A stretch of DNA of 64,000 nt. Origin: an uncultured Gammaproteobacteria bacterium (GTDB lineage Bacteria > Patescibacteriota > Patescibacteriia > UBA1558 > GWA2-36-10). A model generated the notes under the pieces. The model saw only the letters and a list, made by a program, of their open reading frames with translations, was not told the DNA's origin and made no database searches. This document shows, piece after piece, positions 1-7,363 of the stretch (positions are counted from its first letter, which is position 1; the number at the start of each line of letters is the position of its first letter). Both the position numbers and the translations under genes were made by a program. The stretch is taken from assembly GCA_964638415.1 (NCBI GenBank), contig CAZWYP010000003.1, positions 1,150-65,149 on the forward strand, in the 5' to 3' direction.

Positions 1-525
1 TTCAATAATGTTATTACCACAAACCGGATCTGGCGGCGGTGAATCTCCCCCACCTTCCTCTACCACTGTTGCAGTATACTCATAGCAATGATTGACATAG
101 AAAGTAGAATCAGAAACTCTTTTGACATAGTAGCCAGTATCATTACTAGTGGTGGCTAAGGGATCTACTGGTAAAGTGCCAATATAAGGCTCCATTAGAG
201 AAGCTAGGTCTTTTCTAGCTATATCTTGTTTTAAAGATTGGCAGTTGGTGGTTCCGGTAGTTAAGCCACCGGAAGACACTAACATATAGGGAGTATTGAG
301 GCTTAAGGCAGTTAAAGCGGCTGGAGTGTTATAATTATTACCTTCTATGACTTGACTGAAGCATTTTTCCAGCTCTTCGCAGTTTTTGTCTCTAATGGCG
401 TTTTGGGCTTCGCCTAAGCGCTTAGCCGGGTTAACAGCTACAAAAATAGCAACAGCTAAGATGCCAATAACTGCTAAAACTATGATTAATTCTATTAGGG
501 TGAAGCCACGATAATTAGTAATCAT
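1..525 (-). CDS. Type IV pilin-like protein (prepilin N-methylation motif), 3' end runs off the window
   Basis: Absent from the ORF track. Manual translation gives MITNYRG|FTLIELIIVLAVIGILAVAIF... ending EEGGGDSPPPDPVCGNNIIE at the window edge. The core is identical to 19117-19806. Confidence 0.9.
   Translation of the reverse strand, partial: MITNYRGFTLIELIIVLAVIGILAVAIFVAVNPAKRLGEAQNAIRDKNCEELEKCFSQVIEGNNYNTPAALTALSLNTPYMLVSSGGLTTGTTNCQSLKQDIARKDLASLMEPYIGTLPVDPLATTSNDTGYYVKRVSDSTFYVNHCYEYTATVVEEGGGDSPPPDPVCGNNIIE
63..507. repeat. 445-bp perfect direct repeat, copy 1 (pilin core)
   Basis: Line-by-line comparison with 19332-19776 shows no mismatch (offset 19269). Confidence 0.95.
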
Positions 526-574
526 AGATTTATTTAATGCTCTAATTATAAATCTAAAGATTTTTTCTGTAAAC

Positions 575-604
575 AAAAACCCCCTGTTTTCCAGGGAGCT
601 TTTA
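575..604. terminator. Probable intrinsic terminator after the cupredoxin gene
   Basis: CCCTG-TTTTC-CAGGG hairpin flanked by A and T runs, just past the stop at 608. Confidence 0.55.
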
Positions 605-607
605 AGT

Positions 608-1108
608 TTATTCTACTATTAATTTTCCAAACATGCCCATTGCCCGGTGCTGGCCAACTGAACAGTAATATTCAAAAATACCGGCTTTGTCCGCAACAAA
701 CTCTATGGACGCTTCACCACTTTTAATCTGTGGAGTTCTAACATTGAATTCGTCAATTACTACATCATGGAAGCCATCCTCTATCTTCATGGTTAGTCTA
801 ACTTTGTTTCCTTGCTTTACTTTTATTTCCTTAACGGAATATTCAAAATTTTTAGCCATTAAAGTAAAGGCTTTAACTTCTCCTGTTGACTCTTCTTCAG
901 TAACTACCTGGTTATTATTTTCTTCTGAAGCATTGTTTACCTGCGGTTGCTCATTATTTACTTGGTTTGCCGGCTCTGGTTCAGTTTTGGACTGGCTGTT
1001 AACCAAATAATACCCCGCTGCTAAAACTGCCAAAACAATAATAATAATCCATAAGCCTTTATTACTCTTGCCACTGGCTGGCATATTTTGATTCATTTGT
1101 TCTTCCAT
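608..1108 (-). CDS. Membrane-anchored cupredoxin (plastocyanin/azurin-like type 1 copper protein)
   Basis: N-terminal TM helix, Asn/Gln/Glu-rich linker, upstream His (FHD) and C-terminal YYCSVGQHRAMGM Cys-His-Met copper ligands. Confidence 0.85.
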   Translation of the reverse strand: MEEQMNQNMPASGKSNKGLWIIIIVLAVLAAGYYLVNSQSKTEPEPANQVNNEQPQVNNASEENNNQVVTEEESTGEVKAFTLMAKNFEYSVKEIKVKQGNKVRLTMKIEDGFHDVVIDEFNVRTPQIKSGEASIEFVADKAGIFEYYCSVGQHRAMGMFGKLIVE

Positions 1109-1175
1109 GCTTTTTATTTTAATAATTAGTTTCTATACTTCTTTAAATAATATTATAAACATAATAACCAGTCAA

Positions 1176-2708
1176 CTAGACTAGCTCGCCGCCAAAAGTA
1201 TCAACAATCTCACCTATACCCTCTTCAAATCTGCCTTTAAACCGCTGATGATTTTCCTGGTAATTAGCATCAAGTTCTGCTGAAAAATTAATTGGGCGCC
1301 CAATGATTTTACTTAAATTATCCATAATCTGCTGTTTGGCATCAGCTTTAGATAATTGCTCAATATGGAAGCTGTATTCGCAGCCAATAATTGCCTTATC
1401 TCCAACCAAAGAGAGTAAATGGCTGTTCTGCAGAACCGCCGATAAAGAGTGGTTGAAAGGGCGGGTCAATTCAATTAATTCCGACCAGCGGCTTTTTAAA
1501 GAATCATATTCGCCGCTATTTGTTTTTTGTTCAGCTATTGGAACCTCTTTAGTAATTAGCTGTTCTTTTATTGTCTCCTTATTACTCTTAGAAAAGCTGA
1601 CTGGCACCTGCTCAGCAGTGCTTAACAAAAATTCTACGCAAGCCAGTTCCAAGGGTAATTGGTCAATTAAAGAAGCATTTTTAGCCTGCATTTTATTAAG
1701 CAGAATATTTAACAGTCGAGCCAGCTCAGGCAGCGGAAAATTAGCCGCATGCTTTTTAATTATTTCCGCAATGTTATCGTCAAAATCCAGGGTATAATCT
1801 GAACCAATGATCTGGCAAAGCATAATCTGCCGCAAATATTCCAATAAATCTGAAGTTAAACTATCCAAATCCACTCCTTCATTAACTAATTTGTTTATCT
1901 GGTTTAAGGCGGCTGTTAAATTATGCAAACGCAAAGCTTCCACTAAAACGTCTATTTCCTGCCAATTGCTGCGCGGTAAAACCAAAGAAACTAAATCATC
2001 GGTTACTTTACCATGGCTTAAGGAGATAATCTGCCCTAACAACGATTCTGCATCCCGCAAAGAGCCTTCTGCTCTCCGCGCAATAGCTGATAGCACTGGG
2101 TCATCGATACTAACTTTTTCCCATTCCACAATCTCCGTTAAGCGCTTTACAATCTCGCTTTGGGATATTTTCTTGAAATCAAAACGCTGGCAGCGGGAAA
2201 TAATCGTTTCCGGCACTTTATGAATCTCGGTGGTGGCTAAGATGAAAATAACCTGCTGGGGCGGCTCTTCCAAAGTCTTAAGCAAGGCATTGAAAGCCGA
2301 CTTAGACAACATATGAACCTCATCGATAATAAACACCTTATATCCCTTAGCGTTAAATGGAGGCACTTGGGCATTGGCAATAATATTCTCCCGGACATTA
2401 TCTACTCCAGTGTGGGAAGCGGCATCAATTTCGATGATATCTAATGACCGTCCTTGAGCTAATAATTCGCAGTTCTGGCAATGATTACAGGGCTCAGACT
2501 CATTAGCCTGGCGATTTAGACAATTTAAAGAACGCGCAAATAAGCGCGCTAAAGTTGTCTTACCGGTACCTCGCGGCCCGACTAATAGATAAGCATGGGC
2601 TAATTTACCAGATAAAATTTCATTCTGGAGGGTGATTTTAATTGGCCGTTGACCAACTACCTCAGAAAATTGCTGAGGACGATATTTGCGATAAATTACT
2701 TCCGCCAT
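1176..2708 (-). CDS. dnaX: DNA polymerase III subunit gamma/tau
   Basis: YRKYRPQQF, Walker A GPRGTGKT, zinc Cys cluster, EIDAAS, IIDEVHMLS, SRC motif. Confidence 0.97.
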   Translation of the reverse strand: MAEVIYRKYRPQQFSEVVGQRPIKITLQNEILSGKLAHAYLLVGPRGTGKTTLARLFARSLNCLNRQANESEPCNHCQNCELLAQGRSLDIIEIDAASHTGVDNVRENIIANAQVPPFNAKGYKVFIIDEVHMLSKSAFNALLKTLEEPPQQVIFILATTEIHKVPETIISRCQRFDFKKISQSEIVKRLTEIVEWEKVSIDDPVLSAIARRAEGSLRDAESLLGQIISLSHGKVTDDLVSLVLPRSNWQEIDVLVEALRLHNLTAALNQINKLVNEGVDLDSLTSDLLEYLRQIMLCQIIGSDYTLDFDDNIAEIIKKHAANFPLPELARLLNILLNKMQAKNASLIDQLPLELACVEFLLSTAEQVPVSFSKSNKETIKEQLITKEVPIAEQKTNSGEYDSLKSRWSELIELTRPFNHSLSAVLQNSHLLSLVGDKAIIGCEYSFHIEQLSKADAKQQIMDNLSKIIGRPINFSAELDANYQENHQRFKGRFEEGIGEIVDTFGGELV

Positions 2709-2709
2709 G

Positions 2710-3345
2710 TTATAAGCTTATTTCCAAATCTTCAACTTCCTTATGCTTTTTGGAACTAGGCTTTTTAATAATATTCTCCACGGCGGCCCAGGTGCTGTCA
2801 TCTTCTTTCGGCACCAGGATCACTACTTCATCACCTTCTTCACCTTTGAAGTAAGTAACTGAAGCTAATAATACTTTGAAAATCTTATCACCAGCCAGCA
2901 CTACGAATTCTCCAGATTTCTGGTCTTTTACCAAATGACCGACTAAACGGCGCCTATCTACCGGAGAAATCTGCTTAAAAATGAAAGCACCAGTGCGATC
3001 AATGGTTAATTTCAAAATATCGCCTTCAACCAATTTTGACTTGGAAGCATAATTAGCCGGTACCGAATATTGCTTGCCGTCAGGACCGATCATAATTTGC
3101 CCGTCAAAAACCCCCTCTACCACCAGACCATTATCCTCATAACTCTCTTTACCTACCTCTGCTGCCTTGGTGCTGTAATCCACTGCTTCCTTGGTTTTTC
3201 TACCGGACAATTCTCCCAAAATCATCTTGGTTTTTTTCAGCTCTAATTCCAAATTGTAAACCAAAGATTCAAGCTCTTTGATCTGTTTTGCTTTTTGCAT
3301 TTTTATTTCTTTTTCTGTTTTGGTTTCGTATTTAAATAATAACAT
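2710..3345 (-). CDS. Conserved CPR hypothetical protein: N-terminal coiled coil plus two beta-rich, OB-fold-like modules (start may be 3300)
   Basis: VEGVFDGQIMIGPDGKQYSVPANYASKSKLVEGD motif, recalled from CPR genomes. Stop lies 1 nt from the dnaX start. The fold is inferred. Confidence 0.75.
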   Translation of the reverse strand: MLLFKYETKTEKEIKMQKAKQIKELESLVYNLELELKKTKMILGELSGRKTKEAVDYSTKAAEVGKESYEDNGLVVEGVFDGQIMIGPDGKQYSVPANYASKSKLVEGDILKLTIDRTGAFIFKQISPVDRRRLVGHLVKDQKSGEFVVLAGDKIFKVLLASVTYFKGEEGDEVVILVPKEDDSTWAAVENIIKKPSSKKHKEVEDLEISL

Positions 3346-3370
3346 AAATATACTTCTTTTTCAACAATAG

Positions 3371-3778
3371 AAAAAGCGCCCTAAGAGTTGGTCTTTCGAC
3401 TTTTTCTTTTGGGCGCCTAACTGGCAAGGATTTCGTCGGTGTGCATGGTCGCGCCGGTTGCTGGGTTTTTCACTTTTCTCCGAAGAGTTAAGCGTAACCA
3501 GTCTGGCTTGAGAGAAATCAATCTCTTTTTGCATGGTGTCAGAACAACTTTGACGAGTCACCTTTTTTAAGGGTGAAAGGTTAAATTGAGCCAACTATGA
3601 CTACTTTCCAATGCCGTCTTCCTGGCAAATCACTGCTCGTTTTCAACGAAATATCTTACCGGGTGGGCTCGAATTCACGTGAGGAGAGAAAATGAAGCGC
3701 AGGAAGTATTCATCTGCGGAGTAGAAACCCGAGGGTTTCATTACCACTTCAGAAAACTTAGTAAGAACAAGTGACAAA
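3371..3778 (-). ncRNA. Candidate large structured non-coding RNA (about 410 nt), family unassigned
   Basis: GC-richer intergenic tract with more than 10 predicted helices and UUCG/GAAA/CUCG tetraloops. It has an upstream sigma70-type promoter and a terminal GCGCCC/GGGCGC stem plus U-tract. Confidence 0.7.
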
Positions 3779-3782
3779 GAGT

Positions 3783-3810
3783 ATCTTAGCATATTATATA
3801 TATTCGTCAA
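3783..3810 (-). promoter_or_regulatory. Sigma70-type promoter for the candidate ncRNA / dnaX unit
   Basis: Minus strand reads TTGACG-N16-TAAGAT with an extended -10 TG (TGcTAAGAT). Confidence 0.6.
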
Positions 3811-3850
3811 GGGTTATAAAAATGGCTAATTTTAGCCATTTCTATAATAC

Positions 3851-3859
3851 TTATCCACA
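3851..3859 (+). promoter_or_regulatory. Perfect DnaA box
   Basis: Intergenic TTATCCACA about 40 bp upstream of the ncRNA/dnaX promoter. Confidence 0.5.
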
Positions 3860-3877
3860 ATAAATTCTTTATAGTCT

Positions 3878-6328
3878 TCAAATAATATTCAATCTCTGGC
3901 TTACTTCTGCTTCAATCTGCTGCCGATCTTTGCCATATTTAAGCTTAGAAAGCTGCTTAATCGCCTGCGCTAGCTCAAAATTACCTTTCTCTGGCATAAT
4001 CGGGTTAAAATTAAAGGCTGGTGGGTTCTGGTTGTTAATCAATAACCGAATATAGCAAGTATACTTAGGCATATTTACCAGATCATACTGGCTGACTACC
4101 GGGGCCATTTGCTTGGCAATTAATTCCGCATCCTCTACTCCAATCCTAAAAGAAATAATTGTTCCCACATTACCAAAGATAGCATCTCTGACTTTAGTAT
4201 CATTATTCTTAGTTAATTGGGCAATAAACTGATGGGCTAAAATTAAATTCAGGCGGTATTTGCGCGCTTCAGAAAGAATAACGGAAATAGTATCAGTGAC
4301 AAAATTCTGGAATTCATCAATGTAAAGATAGAAATCATGGCGCTGTTCTTCAGCCTTGTCTGCACTGGATAAAGCAGCAAATAAAATCTTACCGATGATT
4401 ATCATGCCCAGAAGGTTGCTGTTCATTTCCCCTACCTTGCCTTTGGATAGATTAACCAAGACAATCTTATTCTGCTCAATGGCTTCGCGGAATTTAAAAG
4501 CACTTTTCTCTTGGGAAATAATCGGCCTAATTAAATCATTGGAAATAAACGGTGTCAGTTTAGAAGTAATGTAAGGCACCATATTAGCCAAAGCTGCTTC
4601 CCCACCAGCTTTCTGCGCTTCCTTTTCCCAGAAATCTTTGACAAAACGATTACTCACCGCTGCTAATTTCTGTTTGCGGTATTCCGCATCGGCTAATACC
4701 TTGGGAATTTCAATAAGGGTTGCCTGGTTATTAGGATCATCCATTACTAGCAGCATGGCATTGCGCATATACTGCTCAAACATCGGACCGCCAGTAGCTT
4801 TCAAATCATAGAGCTTGTCAAAAATAGCAATCATTTCATTGATCACAAAAGTCTTCTGCTCTTCCGTGTCGTATTCCAACATGTTCAAGCCTAACGGACG
4901 ACTGCTGTCAGCTGGATCAAATAAAATAACGTCTTCAGCTCTTTCTTTGGGAATATGCGCTAAAACTTTCTCTACCAAATCTCCATGCGGATCTACCACA
5001 CAGACGCCTTTGCCATTGGCAATATCCTGAATGATTAAGCTTTCCTGCAAAACAGATTTACCGACGCCGGTTTGACCAATAATATACATATGCCGGCGGC
5101 GATCATCATCCTTAATTCTTACCAAGGTTTCTTTATTGCGATAAACATTCTTGCCTAAAACCACTCCTTCTTGAGGCATATCCACCGGCGGAGCAGCTTT
5201 AGTAGCTTCCAGCCAGACAATATTAGGCGTGGCAGTAGTTTCCAAAGGCAAATGAATTACACTGGTCATTTCTTCAGCATTAAGCAATATTTTGCTTTTT
5301 TCCGAAAATTGCCGGTAAATAAAACTCGTTAATAATTCACTAATATTCTTAGGGATGGTGGCTTTAAAGCTATTGCCGAATTCATAGATATTATATTGGG
5401 TAAAGCTATTTAAAAGATCCTGCAGCAAATTCTGTGATCTAACAGCGTCGGGAGTGGCTACCACCACCCTAATATTAACATCTAAGCCTGGCTTAGAGCT
5501 TTTTTCTTCAATCATTTTAACTGACTGCTGCTCCATGGTAGACAACTGATGGCGTTCTTCAGATTTTGACTGCTCATCTGTTTTTTTACTAGTAGAAAAC
5601 AAATTAAGAACAAAGTTTAAAAACCAAGTAATTAGTTTAAAGAAATCCCAGCCACCCGTCTTATTAACTGCCTCGCTTAAACTCATTCCTTTGCCTATAT
5701 TCTTGGAAATGTTCCGACTCTGCTGCCGCCATTGCTTAGGCGCTGATCTAAATAAATACTGGATAGCTGCTGCTTCATTGGCCATTAACTTACTGCCGGC
5801 ATTAGTTATTGCTTCCATGGGGTCGTTTTCAAAAGCCTGGTAAGTTTTAATAGGTAAAGCGGGATTTTGGCTGAATTTAAGATAACCAGCTCTAATCTGG
5901 GAATCTTTCTGGAAGATATTATAATCCTTAACTTCTTCAAAATTAACCTTGGGATAAGCTACCTGCACCTGCTGGATAAAATATTCTTGGTATTTCTTCG
6001 GCACTGCGACATAAAAAAATATCTGCCCGGCTTGAGAAACTATTTCAACGGCAAATAAATCTTCTCTGGGACCAAACCATTTTTTTTCCGCTTTCAGACC
6101 AGCTAGAGAAGTAAACAGGGTTTCAATCTGCCCCAATGATTTCTGAACAAAATCTTTACTAGCTTCTGGTAGTTCCGCCTTGGTAAACTTAGGAACCTTA
6201 ATTAAGAATAAAGATAAGGCAATGTTTTTATTCGGTTTGTATTTTTTAGAAAAAATAAAAATCAGAGTAACAAAAAATATAAGTAGTAAAACCAAAATAA
6301 CAATTAAAGTGGGTAAGCTAATATCCAT
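3878..6328 (-). CDS. VirD4/TraG/HerA-like coupling ATPase (CPR type IV secretion-like system component)
   Basis: N-terminal TM, RRRHMYIIGQTGVGKS Walker A, DPHGD, LYIDEFQNF Walker B, SEARKY...AHQ. Confidence 0.88.
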   Translation of the reverse strand: MDISLPTLIVILVLLLIFFVTLIFIFSKKYKPNKNIALSLFLIKVPKFTKAELPEASKDFVQKSLGQIETLFTSLAGLKAEKKWFGPREDLFAVEIVSQAGQIFFYVAVPKKYQEYFIQQVQVAYPKVNFEEVKDYNIFQKDSQIRAGYLKFSQNPALPIKTYQAFENDPMEAITNAGSKLMANEAAAIQYLFRSAPKQWRQQSRNISKNIGKGMSLSEAVNKTGGWDFFKLITWFLNFVLNLFSTSKKTDEQSKSEERHQLSTMEQQSVKMIEEKSSKPGLDVNIRVVVATPDAVRSQNLLQDLLNSFTQYNIYEFGNSFKATIPKNISELLTSFIYRQFSEKSKILLNAEEMTSVIHLPLETTATPNIVWLEATKAAPPVDMPQEGVVLGKNVYRNKETLVRIKDDDRRRHMYIIGQTGVGKSVLQESLIIQDIANGKGVCVVDPHGDLVEKVLAHIPKERAEDVILFDPADSSRPLGLNMLEYDTEEQKTFVINEMIAIFDKLYDLKATGGPMFEQYMRNAMLLVMDDPNNQATLIEIPKVLADAEYRKQKLAAVSNRFVKDFWEKEAQKAGGEAALANMVPYITSKLTPFISNDLIRPIISQEKSAFKFREAIEQNKIVLVNLSKGKVGEMNSNLLGMIIIGKILFAALSSADKAEEQRHDFYLYIDEFQNFVTDTISVILSEARKYRLNLILAHQFIAQLTKNNDTKVRDAIFGNVGTIISFRIGVEDAELIAKQMAPVVSQYDLVNMPKYTCYIRLLINNQNPPAFNFNPIMPEKGNFELAQAIKQLSKLKYGKDRQQIEAEVSQRLNII

Positions 6329-6333
6329 GACTA

Positions 6334-6801
6334 TTACTTATGCTGGTACATTGACCAAATTTCATCTGCCTTAATTTTGGCTTCCTGCTCCAAGAAATGT
6401 CGGTTGACTTTGGGTATTATTTTCAGCCAGTCAATAATTAAATCAATAAGCTTGGCTACAGTAGCTTTGGCACTATTTAGCAAAGCAGTAATCTTCTTAG
6501 CAGTTTCTTCTCCTTTAGCCTTGAATTCCTGCTGTTTAATCGGATCCATATCCAAAAAGATGCTATCAAGTCCCGTGGCTAAAACTGCCTCCACTTTAGC
6601 TAAGATAATTTGATCACTAGCCGCCATTGGCTTAGCTGCCGACATAGTTTGCGCCGACTGTAAAATTTCTGCAGCTAAGGCTTCTGTATTAGCTTGGCTT
6701 TGTTCTACTACTTGTTCTTTAGCTTGACTTGGCTTCTCCGGAGTTAATATTTGCTCTGGCTGCACCTTGGCTTGTTCAAACTTATTAACTAATTCATCCA
6801 T
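6334..6801 (-). CDS. Conserved helical hypothetical protein upstream of the coupling ATPase
   Basis: 155-aa ORF with a WLKIIPKVNRHFLEQEAKIKAD C-terminal motif; 5 nt from the ATPase gene. Confidence 0.7.
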   Translation of the reverse strand: MDELVNKFEQAKVQPEQILTPEKPSQAKEQVVEQSQANTEALAAEILQSAQTMSAAKPMAASDQIILAKVEAVLATGLDSIFLDMDPIKQQEFKAKGEETAKKITALLNSAKATVAKLIDLIIDWLKIIPKVNRHFLEQEAKIKADEIWSMYQHK

Positions 6802-6808
6802 GGATATA

Positions 6809-7264
6809 TTATACCAGATTTTGCCTTTTTAAAGAAATTATTTGCTGGTAAATCTCTTCTGGATTAGTTAGTTTAGTTAAATGAAATTTGCCGTAATTAG
6901 TAAATAGTACCAGATTATTCTTTCCGCTTTTGCGCACAGAAATTATTTTAGCCAAACTAATCTGACCCGCTAATGAATATTTTTCGGCATTAACCAGCTT
7001 AAAATACAAAACTCTCTGGTCAGTCAATAAATAAACTCCCTGCTGCTTAAATACACTGCTAGCTAATAACAAAAACCAAAGAATAAGGAGAATAATCCAG
7101 AAAATAAAGCCTTCTTTACCGGCTTGCCATAAGGGATACAGTAAAAAGAAAATGAAAGGTAATAACAAAAAAATAATCAGCTGTAAAATCCGATTATTCT
7201 TCTGGCGATTAGACTTAACAATCGCTATTTCATTATTTCTTAAAAATTTGCTAAACTTATCCAT
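6809..7264 (-). CDS. Membrane protein with a bacterial PH-like domain
   Basis: Two TM helices, then a YLLTDQRV...ISLAKIISV...LTNPEEIYQQI pattern typical of bPH domains. Confidence 0.65.
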   Translation of the reverse strand: MDKFSKFLRNNEIAIVKSNRQKNNRILQLIIFLLLPFIFFLLYPLWQAGKEGFIFWIILLILWFLLLASSVFKQQGVYLLTDQRVLYFKLVNAEKYSLAGQISLAKIISVRKSGKNNLVLFTNYGKFHLTKLTNPEEIYQQIISLKRQNLV

Positions 7265-7363
7265 ATGCTAAAAAGAAAAACTTTAAAAACCATCTGGGTG
7301 ATTATTTCCATCTTCATGATCCTATCCATGATTCTCTGGACTATTGGCGCTGGCGGATATTAA
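7265..7363 (+). CDS. Unannotated 32-aa single-TM small protein
   Basis: MLKRKTLKTIWVIISIFMILSMILWTIGAGGY*. It fills the intergenic gap exactly and has TGcTAAACT 7 nt before the ATG. Confidence 0.65.
   Translation: MLKRKTLKTIWVIISIFMILSMILWTIGAGGY

Noticed and set aside
3361-3594. 77-aa minus-strand ORF (TTG start) within the structured region
   Set aside because: No SD or recognisable motif, and it runs through multiple hairpins and a terminator. It is better explained as part of an RNA, and it does not end like a tmRNA tag.
3674-3682. TTCACGTGA as a parS site
   Set aside because: Only the core of the 16-bp TGTTTCACGTGAAACA palindrome matches; the flanks do not.
3371-3778. Identification as SRP RNA, tmRNA or 6S RNA
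   Set aside because: No domain IV CAGG-x-GNRA-x-AGCAG consensus, no tRNA-like termini or T-loop, and it is multibranched rather than a single long rod.
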